NCBI GenBank assembly: GCA_964347995.1
Contig: CAYGBA010000002.1
Location: 1-63,591 of the forward strand
DNA from: an uncultured Candidatus Bathyarchaeia archaeon
GTDB lineage: Archaea > Thermoproteota > Bathyarchaeia > Bathyarchaeales > Bathyarchaeaceae
Length of the DNA: 63,591 nt
Direction: 5' to 3'
Shown: in pieces, positions 36,170 to 45,069 of the stretch
Layout: the number at the start of each line of letters is the position of its first letter
How positions within the stretch are numbered: the first letter of the stretch is position 1
The notes under the pieces: generated by a model
Told to the model about the DNA's origin: nothing
Databases searched by the model: none
The model's input: only the letters and a program-made list of their open reading frames with translations
Translations under genes and position numbers: made by a program

Positions 36170-36504
36170 TTTGGTTCCTCTGTTACCTCGAAGGTGTGTC
36201 CGCAGTATGAGCATTTTATTGATGGAACGCCGTCTATGATCTTTGTTTGGTTGATGTCGAGGCTTGCTCCACAGTTTGGGCACCTTATCGGCTGGACCTT
36301 GATTTGTCCGGGTACTTCGAGTTTCTGAATGATCTGTGTTGGTTTTTGCTTTCTTATGTAATAGAGTAATGCGAAGCTTACTATGAAGAGGAATGCACTT
36401 GTGACTAGTCGAAGTGGATCGTATGATGATGCCCAGGCGAAGATGACGCCAAAGAACAATAGAATAGCAGATATGATGTAGCCTATGATTTCAGTGGCGG
36501 ACAT
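36163..36504 (-). CDS. small membrane protein (2 TM) with C-terminal CxxC...CxxC zinc ribbon
   Basis: IIGYIISAILLFFGVIFAW and AFLFIVSFALLYYI, then IRCPNCGASL...IKCSYCGHTF. Its stop overlaps the downstream ATG (ATGGTGA). Confidence 0.55.
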   Translation of the reverse strand: MSATEIIGYIISAILLFFGVIFAWASSYDPLRLVTSAFLFIVSFALLYYIRKQKPTQIIQKLEVPGQIKVQPIRCPNCGASLDINQTKIIDGVPSIKCSYCGHTFEVTEEPKW

Positions 36505-36872
36505 GTCTCTTCACACAATTCCAGTTGACGACTCCCGCAGCGTCTTTTATGAATCTACAGTAACGTTAGCACTTGGCCAATTATATAAATGAATAACTTT
36601 TTCTCAAAACTGCAAACCCGTTACTCAAGTCTATCGTCATCAGCCAAACAACAAAATGCCGAAAAATCGGATCAACAGATTAGATTTGTCCCTTCCCGAA
36701 TAGCATTCTATTTGGAGCCTATTTTGACTAGTACAGAAGACCCAAGTCTAGAAGCATTATACACGCACGCACAATGCTCAAAAACAAGAATATATCAGAA
36801 ATCGATACATCAGAAATAGATCAGATGAGTGCACGGCTAGCCGCGCACCCACAGCAAAGCTAAGTCCAGACC

Positions 36873-37346
36873 TCAGCTGTCGTCAGAATCCTTGACAGTA
36901 AGGAAAGGATTCATCCGAAGAGCTTCGGAAAGCGAGGGCTTGTTCATCCCCATGGTTAAGATCTTCTTGTGAATGTGGTTCAGAGAGTTCTCGGTGCAAT
37001 CCAGCAGGCTCTGCCCCTCAACGGTAAGCTCGTAGACCTTTCTTGGCCTTTCGGCTTCTAGATCCCAGCGACTCTCAACGTAGCCTTTCTCCTCAAGCTC
37101 GCTGAGCATAGGATAGATCGTGCTGGGGCCGAAGTAGACACCGAAGTTTTTCCTGATGCTGGTGATGATCTTGTACCCGTGCATAGGATGCACTCTCAGA
37201 AACTGGAGGACTACGAGATCTAGGAGTCCTCTCATGAGCTTCGTCTGGACCTCTTTCATTTTGTGCTTCATTCCTATATCCTTCCTGTACTCTTGTTCAA
37301 CAGTTTTGTTGTTACACGTGTGTACGATATGTCTCTTATCGGACAT
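36873..37346 (-). CDS. PadR-family transcriptional regulator
   Basis: LLDLVVLQFLRVHPMHGYKIITSIRKNFG...STIYPMLSELEEKGYVESRW. The true start may be the internal MKHKMKEV. Confidence 0.8.
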   Translation of the reverse strand: MSDKRHIVHTCNNKTVEQEYRKDIGMKHKMKEVQTKLMRGLLDLVVLQFLRVHPMHGYKIITSIRKNFGVYFGPSTIYPMLSELEEKGYVESRWDLEAERPRKVYELTVEGQSLLDCTENSLNHIHKKILTMGMNKPSLSEALRMNPFLTVKDSDDS

Positions 37347-37475
37347 ATCAAGTCTTTATAGACACGAAATCATATATAAACGTTTGCACGTAACCAAGAC
37401 ATACGTGAGCATATCCAAGCATACAGAAATCCAGAAAAATCTACATAATCTAAATAAACTAGATTCCCCCTTAAC

Positions 37476-37835
37476 ATGAAGCAACCGGTTTTGGAAGTTG
37501 AAGAGTTGAGCGAAACCTTCAGAAAGCAACTTGTTCAACGCTTCTCCAAAAACTTCCTCGATATTCATGTTCTGAGACTCGTCCAGAAAGAACCGATGTG
37601 GGGTTACAAGATAATAAAACAAACAGAGAAACTCCTCGGTGTCAAACTGAGACACGGCGCAATTTATCCTCTCCTCAACTCACTGGAGGACGGAGGCTTC
37701 CTCAGGAGCAGAAAAGAAATCAAGGGAAGAAGGGTGAGAAAGATTTACAAGATCACATCAAAAGGAATGCAGCTCATACAAGCCTACTACGAGTATCAAA
37801 GGGAACAACTACAAGAACAAGACATTGAGGTCTAG
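37476..37835 (+). CDS. PadR-family transcriptional regulator
   Basis: LDIHVLRLVQKEPMWGYKIIKQTEKLLG...GAIYPLLNSLEDGGFLRS. A TAAATAAA TATA-like element lies about 20 nt upstream of the ATG, so the transcript is possibly leaderless. Confidence 0.8.
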   Translation: MKQPVLEVEELSETFRKQLVQRFSKNFLDIHVLRLVQKEPMWGYKIIKQTEKLLGVKLRHGAIYPLLNSLEDGGFLRSRKEIKGRRVRKIYKITSKGMQLIQAYYEYQREQLQEQDIEV

Positions 37836-37847
37836 GAGCGCCAAAAT

Positions 37848-38879
37848 ATGAGGTACGTATCCCCAAAAGAAAGTGAGAAAACTAGAGCGAATAATGAAAC
37901 TAAGATGATTGAACAAGTTCAAAGGTTTTTGGAAGAGAGAAGCCGAGAAGCTCTGCAGATCGCAAAGAAGAAAATTCTGAAAGAAAAAATCGAATGTGAA
38001 GCGATTGAAGATGCTTTCAGGTATTACCTAGAAGATTGGGAAGATGTCATTCATCCCGGATTGCTTTCGATCGCTTGTGAGGCTGTGGGAGGGGACGTTG
38101 AAAAAACAGTTCCGATGCAAGTTGTCATGCTGCTGCTAACTGCAGGAGCTGACATACACGACGACATCATTGATGAGTCAAAGACAAAATATGGAAAACC
38201 CACCGTCCTGGCAAGGTTTGGCAAGGATACTGCTCTTCTTGTAGGTGATGCCCTTTTGATGAAGGCCCTAGTCCTTCTTCACAAATTGGAGAATGAATTC
38301 CCTACCGCGAAGATGAATGCCATCTGGAACACAATAGATAGTCGATTTTTCGAGTTGGGAAACGCTGAAGCCCTTGAAGCTCTTTGGAAAGGCAACATAG
38401 ATCTTTCTGTGGAAGAATACTGGCGGATTCTGAGAATGAAGGCCTCAACTTTCGAAGCTCACGCGCGCATTGGCGCCGTTGTGGGAGGTGGAGAGCAAAA
38501 AATTGTTGACCTATTGGCGAATTACGGTAGGACACTAGGAATTCTGCTCAGCATAAGAGAAGACTTCATCGACGTATTTGAACCCGCGGAACTCCAGAAC
38601 CGGATGAAGAATGAATGCCTGCCGCTGCCTATCCTCTATGCTTTCAAGAACCCACAGGCCAAGAAAGCGATACTGAATTACCTTTCGAAAAAAGAAGTCT
38701 CTGAAAAGGATGCGGAAACAATAGTTGATATCCTCTTCGAGGAAGATAATGTCAAAGCACTTAGAAATCAAGTCAAACAGCTAGCTGAAGAAGCCTGCAC
38801 CAATATTTCTTATATGCCAAACAAAAATCTAGCTTACCAGATGAAAACACTAATTAAGGGCGCGATCGAAGATCTATAA
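37848..38879 (+). CDS. trans-isoprenyl (polyprenyl) diphosphate synthase family protein
   Basis: First Asp-rich motif LTAGADIHDDIIDES; degenerate second motif SIREDFIDV. The product chain length cannot be inferred. Confidence 0.75.
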   Translation: MRYVSPKESEKTRANNETKMIEQVQRFLEERSREALQIAKKKILKEKIECEAIEDAFRYYLEDWEDVIHPGLLSIACEAVGGDVEKTVPMQVVMLLLTAGADIHDDIIDESKTKYGKPTVLARFGKDTALLVGDALLMKALVLLHKLENEFPTAKMNAIWNTIDSRFFELGNAEALEALWKGNIDLSVEEYWRILRMKASTFEAHARIGAVVGGGEQKIVDLLANYGRTLGILLSIREDFIDVFEPAELQNRMKNECLPLPILYAFKNPQAKKAILNYLSKKEVSEKDAETIVDILFEEDNVKALRNQVKQLAEEACTNISYMPNKNLAYQMKTLIKGAIEDL

Positions 38880-39112
38880 AACATGAAATAGATCTATATC
38901 CAGAACAATCGCATCGGCTTCGCTTTCTTTTCCTTCTTTGCTTTCTTCTTTCCCATGATTGCTCTCCAATTGAATTACTGGTCTACAACTAATTTATAAG
39001 TTTTGTTGAACACAAAAACAGTTTTCTTTGCAGGTCGTGAGCGAAAACTGAACGTGCATCGACAAATATTTTATCTCCACAATGCCTTATAAACAAACTG
39101 AGTTGGGGGGGA

Positions 39113-40348
39113 ATGGCTAGAAAATCTGTTACCAAGAGCGTTCTCTTGCGAAGAGATTTTCTTGCTGTAATTGTTGTCGTCGCAAATGCTTTCTCATGGT
39201 ATTTTCCGTTATATCTCTTTTTTGAGAGTATTTTAGGGGAATTTCAGGGTGAATACACTGTCTATTCAGTAGCATTCGGAGTTCAACTCGTGGCTATTGT
39301 TGGTTCTGCAATAGTAGGCACAGCTTTGGCGAAGAGATTTCCAAGTCGAGATGTATTTCTGTCTGTTTGGATGTTCATTGGCATCATAGCTTCTATGCTG
39401 ATGATCACACTTGAGACATTCAGGATCGAATACATTCTGGCGGTTTCTTTTTTTTCGGGCATTTCGTTAGGATTTGGTTTCCCGTCTTGCCTTGCATATT
39501 TCGGAGATTCTAGTGTCGAAGAAAATAAGGGAAGGTTAGCAGGGATCACGTATTTTGTATCATGTCTCGGCATTCTCTTCGTAGGCTTGACTCTCACGTT
39601 CTCTACGATTTTTGTTGGCGCATTGATACTTACCGCGTGGAGAGGAATTGGCTTATTCTTTTTTCTCCTTGCCAGATTAAACCAAGATTATAACAAAGAA
39701 GATACTATTGACGTGTCCTACAGATCAGTTATATTTGACAGACGTTTTCTCTTGTATCTCGTTCCGTGGATTATGTTCTCTCTGATAAACTTTCTCGAAG
39801 CACCCGTATTGACGACTTTTTTCGGAGAAGACTTTGCCTCATTTGTTCCAATTGCAGAATTCGGGATTGGCGGATTTGCTGCATTAATAGGTGGTTGGTT
39901 CGCTGATTCAGTTGGTCGAAAACGGGTAGTTATCTTTGGTTTCATAATACTTGGAATTGGTTACGCTGTGCTAGGACTTCTTCCAACCGTCTTTCTTTCA
40001 TGGTATTTGTATATCATCTTGGATGGCGTTGCTTGGGGAATCCTTTCATTGACATTCTATTTGATCATATGGTCAGAACTTGCTGGAACGCGAATCAAGG
40101 AAAAATACTACTTGATAGGTGTGCTACCGCATCTGATTTCTAGCTATATACAAAAACTATTTACACCTTATGCAGAATTGATCCCTATCTCAGCAGCCTT
40201 CTCGTTAGCAAGCTTCTTTTTGTTCTTGGCAGTTTTGCCTTTGATTTATGCTCCCGAGACTTTGCCTGAGAGAAAAATAGAGCTTAAGCGTCTCAGAAAG
40301 TACGTCAGGAAGGCCCAGGAAACTGAGGAGAAGTATAAGAAAGACTAG
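39113..40348 (+). CDS. MFS-type transporter
   Basis: About 12 hydrophobic segments, with a motif-A-like WFADSVGRKRVV between helices in the second half. Confidence 0.65.
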   Translation: MARKSVTKSVLLRRDFLAVIVVVANAFSWYFPLYLFFESILGEFQGEYTVYSVAFGVQLVAIVGSAIVGTALAKRFPSRDVFLSVWMFIGIIASMLMITLETFRIEYILAVSFFSGISLGFGFPSCLAYFGDSSVEENKGRLAGITYFVSCLGILFVGLTLTFSTIFVGALILTAWRGIGLFFFLLARLNQDYNKEDTIDVSYRSVIFDRRFLLYLVPWIMFSLINFLEAPVLTTFFGEDFASFVPIAEFGIGGFAALIGGWFADSVGRKRVVIFGFIILGIGYAVLGLLPTVFLSWYLYIILDGVAWGILSLTFYLIIWSELAGTRIKEKYYLIGVLPHLISSYIQKLFTPYAELIPISAAFSLASFFLFLAVLPLIYAPETLPERKIELKRLRKYVRKAQETEEKYKKD

Positions 40349-41121
40349 AATTCGCCTACTTTTTTGGCTATTTTTTCTAGGGCGTTTGTGAATGGATGTT
40401 CTGGTTTCTCCTTGGCGAAGATGCATGTTCCACCTGCTCGTAGTACGTCGCAGAAGCAGGGAATAGCATCAATGATGGGCAGGTTGTGTAGCTCGGTGAA
40501 TCGCTTGAAGAAATTCCTCTTCTCCGTTTCAGACGACAGTATTTCGATAGGCACCTTGTTCAAGACGATTCCAGCCTTCTTATCAAAGAGCTCATAAAGT
40601 TCTTGAATCATTCGTTGGGTCCCTTTGATATCAGATTTATCTATGCTTGTCACAACTAAAACGCCGTCTGCACTGACTATGGCATTTATCGACGAATACT
40701 GAAGCCCCGGGCTCGTGTCTAAAATAAGAAAGTCAAGATGCATATCATTGAGGAGGGAATTCTTAAGCGACAAAAGACGCCCCAAGGCTCTCATCTCCCA
40801 CTTCCTGTCTTTAGCTGACATCTCCCGAATGGCCTCGGTTGCAGGATCGGCTAATCCAACCAGAAACCTTCCATTTCCATCATGAGGATTGGAAAGATTT
40901 ACCAAAACGCGATCAATTTCACAAGCGCCATTAAGATAATCATTCAACCAGTATTCGCTCTTATTCTTCTGGAATACCGCGTGAAGGCTCGGAGCGCGGA
41001 AGTCTAAATCAAGCAGACAGAGTCTTTTGCCTTGTTTGGCGTAGGTGGCTGCCAAGTTAACCGAAAGCAACGTTTTTCCTGTTCCACCTTTGTAGGAGTG
41101 GAGTGCTATTATTTTTCCCAT
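40345..41121 (-). CDS. ParA/MinD-family P-loop ATPase
   Basis: Deviant Walker A SYKGGTGKTLLS and Walker B FLILDTSPG. It overlaps the upstream wHTH gene by 13 nt. Confidence 0.8.
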   Translation of the reverse strand: MGKIIALHSYKGGTGKTLLSVNLAATYAKQGKRLCLLDLDFRAPSLHAVFQKNKSEYWLNDYLNGACEIDRVLVNLSNPHDGNGRFLVGLADPATEAIREMSAKDRKWEMRALGRLLSLKNSLLNDMHLDFLILDTSPGLQYSSINAIVSADGVLVVTSIDKSDIKGTQRMIQELYELFDKKAGIVLNKVPIEILSSETEKRNFFKRFTELHNLPIIDAIPCFCDVLRAGGTCIFAKEKPEHPFTNALEKIAKKVGEF

Positions 41122-41495
41122 GGTTTCTCACCCATTTTTTCTTTCTCAACGTAGAAGTAGGCTTTACGTCCCCGCCTTTCCTTTTTCAGGTATCCCATCA
41201 TAACGAGCTGGTTCAAGTAGCTACTCTCGACGGCTCTTGCTCTTGCTGTCTGTTGAGACACCTCTTCGGCTGTTGCCTCACCAAGCTTGCACAGCGTGAC
41301 CGCCGTCTTTCTTAGGTGATCTGGCAGAGATAGGAGAGTCATAACATCCAAGGCGTCGGGTATCGTTTCGGTCTCGCTTGGATTATGCCTCGTTATATCT
41401 ATCATCACGTCCATCTTTTCGTTCAGTCGCTCGAGGCTCTCCTTTATTTTCTGTAGCAACCTGGTTTGGCTATTTGCGGCTTTCATGTAGCTCAT
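41109..41495 (-). CDS. winged-helix DNA-binding protein co-transcribed with ParA/MinD
   Basis: LRKTAVTLCKLGEATAEEVSQQTARARAVESSYLNQLVMMGYLKKERRGRKAYF is preceded by a helical N-terminal segment. Confidence 0.55.
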   Translation of the reverse strand: MSYMKAANSQTRLLQKIKESLERLNEKMDVMIDITRHNPSETETIPDALDVMTLLSLPDHLRKTAVTLCKLGEATAEEVSQQTARARAVESSYLNQLVMMGYLKKERRGRKAYFYVEKEKMGEKPWEK

Positions 41496-41650
41496 AGTAT
41501 GGTTTCCCGACGTGTTTAACGCATCTACACTGAAGTCTATCTATAGCATCTATTAAGTCTTACGATATTGTTATATGGATTAGAAGCGCAGAGACGGTGG
41601 GCAGTTTCATAACTACGCAGCGACGAAACGATTTGAAGGGAGAAAAAGTT

Positions 41651-41947
41651 CTAGAGGAGTTGGGCAGGGATCTTTGAGGGCTCTTCCTCGCCGATTGGGA
41701 GTACGGTTTTCAGTTCTCTGAAGTATTTTAGTACTCTTCTTCCGCCGTCTGTAATGGCATAGACTGTTCTTTTCTTGCCTATGGTTCTCTCTTCAACCAG
41801 ATTGCTTTCGGTTAGGAAATCTAGGAATTCCTTTAGAACACTACAGTTCACGTTCGCCTTGTACATGATGTGGGTTAGCTTTAGAGGGCCACGTTGGGCT
41901 AGGACTTTAAGAATGTCTATGTGCATCTCGAGCTTCGATCTTCGCAT
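41651..41947 (-). CDS. winged-helix DNA-binding protein (COG3432-like), paralogous in pattern to 9483-9800
   Basis: MHIDILKVLAQRGPLKLTHIMYKANVNCSVLKEFLDFLTESNLVEE. Confidence 0.55.
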   Translation of the reverse strand: MRRSKLEMHIDILKVLAQRGPLKLTHIMYKANVNCSVLKEFLDFLTESNLVEERTIGKKRTVYAITDGGRRVLKYFRELKTVLPIGEEEPSKIPAQLL

Positions 41948-41958
41948 CTTCCAGTCCT

Positions 41959-42204
41959 CTAGGTTTGTTTTGTGGTGGTCTGTATAAATGATTTATGGAT
42001 TCCAAGTATGTTTTCCAGGTTTGCCGATTTTTGTGTGACTTGGATTCTTGTTAGAGCTGTTAGGCGGTTCTGTAAGGCTGTGATGAGGTCATCGGTCAGG
42101 ATTTGTTGGAATTCTGCGGAAAGGTGGCTTATTTGACCCTCTAGAGTTCGTATGAGCCTTTTCTGAAGCTCTTTCCTCTCCTTTTGAGATAGGGGATTTT
42201 CCAA
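41959..42204 (-). CDS. small helical/coiled-coil hypothetical protein
   Basis: 81 aa. It lies 11 nt upstream of the wHTH gene on the same strand. No family recognised. Confidence 0.35.
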   Translation of the reverse strand: MENPLSQKERKELQKRLIRTLEGQISHLSAEFQQILTDDLITALQNRLTALTRIQVTQKSANLENILGIHKSFIQTTTKQT

Positions 42205-42646
42205 TTCTTGGTCTCCGTTTCTTGTGTTGAGTGGTGTTTTGGGGTTTGGCTTTTAACTGTCTTATGAATTTGGAATATGGATTTTGGGTCTTTTTGAGAT
42301 TTTAGTGTTTATTGTGTCAGCTAATGGCGTATATGCTGGATGAGGAATCTGTCGAAAAAACATTGGTTTCAACGTTCTGTCTTTAATAGCCTTCAAACGT
42401 GCCAGAAGTCGCAAGTTGCGGTATCCTTTTGCAAAGAATGTGATTTACCTTCTTCTCTCTGAGTCTTCTTCAAAAGTGATGTTGCCTATGCGTGTAGAAT
42501 CATTCGAAGCATAAACGAGGCGTTCTATGGAGAGTTGATTGGAAAAGGGTGTTTTTGGACGTTAAGTGGGGTAGAGAAGGATGGACACGTGTTCCTTAGA
42601 AAAGGTAAATACACACCAAGAGACTTAACCAAACGGTGAAAATCGA

Positions 42647-43432
42647 GTGAAAATAGCGGTTTCAGGCAAGGGTGGGGTTGGCAAAACCTTGGTTGCTGGT
42701 GTCCTTGCCGAATTTCTTGTTAGAAGGGGATTTAGGGTTCTGGCCATAGACGCAGATCCCGCCCCAAACCTAGCCTTGACACTAGGCATACCGCTAGATG
42801 AGTCGATTGAAATTGTTCCAATATCCGAGAATAAAGAGCTAATAGAGTCGAAGACTAAGACAGATTTTGAAGGGGTCTACCGCCTCTCCTTCACCGTCGA
42901 TGATATCATCGAAAAATTCGCTGTGAAATCTCCATACGGCGTGAACTTGCTTGTTATGGGTACGGTCAGGTCGGCGGGCCAAGGATGCACGTGTCCTGCA
43001 AACGCCGTAATTAGGGCGCTTCTTCGACATCTGCTAGTTGCGCACGATGAAGCAGTTGTTATGGACATGGAGGCGGGAGTGGAGCATATGGGCAGGGGAA
43101 CAGCTAGTCATGTCAATACGATGTTGATTGTTGCTGACCCAGGCATGAAGGCACTAGAGACCGCTAAAAGGATTTACCGATTGGCAAATGATGCTGGCTT
43201 GAAAAGGATCTTCTTGGTTGGAAACAAGGTTACAAGCGCGAAAGGAGAGCAAACGATTAAGGAATTTGCAGCCCGTAATCGTATTCCCCTACGTGGGCTG
43301 ATACCGTTTGATGATATGCTTTTGAACGCAGACATGCTTGGAGAGACCCCTCTCAGGCACGCTGATGACTCAAAGGGCCTTGCAGCCATCCATAGATTGG
43401 GCGAGAAACTAATAGAAGAAGCAACTTCATAG
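42647..43432 (+). CDS. cooC: CooC/AcsF-type nickel-insertion P-loop ATPase
   Basis: Walker A SGKGGVGKT, IDADPAPNL and the CxC metal motif GQGCTCPANA. GTG start. Confidence 0.75.
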   Translation: MKIAVSGKGGVGKTLVAGVLAEFLVRRGFRVLAIDADPAPNLALTLGIPLDESIEIVPISENKELIESKTKTDFEGVYRLSFTVDDIIEKFAVKSPYGVNLLVMGTVRSAGQGCTCPANAVIRALLRHLLVAHDEAVVMDMEAGVEHMGRGTASHVNTMLIVADPGMKALETAKRIYRLANDAGLKRIFLVGNKVTSAKGEQTIKEFAARNRIPLRGLIPFDDMLLNADMLGETPLRHADDSKGLAAIHRLGEKLIEEATS

Positions 43433-43489
43433 GGATTCTTAAATAATCTGCTATGTAAAGACTAGTTTGCCTAAGGGAGAAGTGGATTC

Positions 43490-43639
43490 ATGGATCCGTC
43501 GGAGAAGAGAGTCATAGGTTCTCTCCTGCTCTTGTCAGGCTTAACCTTTCTAGTAGTGGGATTATATGCAGGTCAGTTGAATTACATTATGGATGTCATG
43601 AAGAGGATATTTGAGACGGCTGTTGCTGGAGTTCCCTGA
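43490..43639 (+). CDS. possible 49-aa membrane peptide
   Basis: ATG 43490 is preceded by AAGGGAGAAGTGG. It reads MDPSEKRVIGSLLLLSGLTFLVVGLYAGQLNYIMDVMKRIFETAVAGVP. Too short for the ORF track; there is no other support. Confidence 0.25.
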   Translation: MDPSEKRVIGSLLLLSGLTFLVVGLYAGQLNYIMDVMKRIFETAVAGVP

Positions 43640-43912
43640 ACCAGAGATCTGCACGAACTCTTCTGATTATTCTACCTTTATGCCCTTGCATTCGCTATCT
43701 CAAAGAAAATGGAGTTAGTCTGGTAGTGGAGAATCGAATACGCCTGCAATCAGAAGTGGGGAAGGAGAGAGAAGCTGTTCTTCAGGTTGAAGAATTAATG
43801 CTGGTTTCAGCCAGGACGGCCCCAAAATCTGGCGGCGTAGATGACATCTCGACAGCTATTGTCTAGGCTTATCCTGAGCGGGCGCGACAAACGTGAATGG
43901 AAAAGTCATCTT

Positions 43913-44338
43913 TTATGTTCGCTTTGTTTTGAGAAGTTCCTCATGCAGACTGAGAATCTTTGGATTGGCTCTCATAACATCCATGGAGGTAACTATTCCC
44001 ACAAGTTTTTCATCCTCTACAACAGGCAGTTTCTTAATTTTCCTACTTACCATGAGTCTGGCGGCTTCCTCAACACTGACATCCCCACTGATCGTAACCA
44101 GCTGTGGGGACATTATGTCCTTGGCTTTGACAACACTTGGATCAAAGAATGGCTCGGCTATACTGCGCATGATGTCTCTCTCAGTTATGATTCCAACTGG
44201 TCTTTCTTCTTCAACGACCAGCACGGAGCCTATTCCAAACTTGTTCATCTTTTGGACTACATCCTTGACGGTGGAGAAGGGCCTAACCGTTTTCACATTT
44301 GTAGTCATAGCTTCTCTCACGAGGAGAATTCCAGACAT
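43913..44338 (-). CDS. CBS-domain pair protein
   Basis: VREAMTTNVKTVRPFSTVKDVVQKMNKFGIGSVLVV...GIITERDI and a second repeat KDIMSPQLVTI...KIKKLPVV. Confidence 0.85.
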   Translation of the reverse strand: MSGILLVREAMTTNVKTVRPFSTVKDVVQKMNKFGIGSVLVVEEERPVGIITERDIMRSIAEPFFDPSVVKAKDIMSPQLVTISGDVSVEEAARLMVSRKIKKLPVVEDEKLVGIVTSMDVMRANPKILSLHEELLKTKRT

Positions 44339-44403
44339 TGCAGTTTCCTCAACCTAAAGCTTCTGAATATCTGGCATTTTATTCTTACTGTATTTATGCA
44401 TAG

Positions 44404-44976
44404 CTAGCCAGCCTGCGCTTTCTCGTGCATTTTCTCTAGCGTCCACCTGATGGTTGATTTGAGTTCCCTCGACCTCTCATCTCGAACGTTCTTTATGGTT
44501 ATCTCTCTGATCTCATCTCCGTCACGTGAGATGTCGTACGAAAGTATCTTCTCCGGAGTGATCTCCCCACTCTCTGCAGCCTCTCGATCCTTCTCTTGCA
44601 TCTTCGCCAAGACTCTCTCCACAAGGAAGGACATGAAAGGCGGGGTGTTAACGTTGAAGCCCTTCTCCTCAGCCAGCACAACCCGCATGGAATCCTCTGC
44701 AATGTATAGATTGGCAAGGAGATTGCCGCCCACGGTTTTCAACGGGACGACGCTCTCATAATCCTCAGGGCGTCTTGGAGACGTCTCCATGACTGCTTCA
44801 GGCGGTCTCAGAACTTTCGCCTTCCTAAAGCCCTTCTCCAGCAACGATGAATCAACATACTCAAGTAAGACTCGCAGCCCCTTCAGTTCGGTCTCTGCCT
44901 CTTTCACACGCTTTTCCAACAAAGCCTTAAACTCAGCTAGCCGCCTCACCGTCACCTCGTCTTCTTTTTCCGCCAT
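44404..44976 (-). CDS. hypothetical protein (N-terminal coiled coil)
   Basis: A 190-aa ORF with normal composition. No family recognised. Confidence 0.4.
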   Translation of the reverse strand: MAEKEDEVTVRRLAEFKALLEKRVKEAETELKGLRVLLEYVDSSLLEKGFRKAKVLRPPEAVMETSPRRPEDYESVVPLKTVGGNLLANLYIAEDSMRVVLAEEKGFNVNTPPFMSFLVERVLAKMQEKDREAAESGEITPEKILSYDISRDGDEIREITIKNVRDERSRELKSTIRWTLEKMHEKAQAG

Positions 44977-45069
44977 CCGGTTTACCCTTCTTTCACAAGA
45001 TGCGTTGTGTCCTTATCAAGGCTTCCTGTAAACTAATTAAATAATGCGCCCTTCCTATTACAGAGAAGA

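Noticed and set aside
43841-44407. Plus-strand ORFs of 188 aa and 154 aa
   Set aside because: They are antisense to a clear CBS-pair protein (43913-44338) and have low-complexity Ser/Leu/Thr-rich translations.
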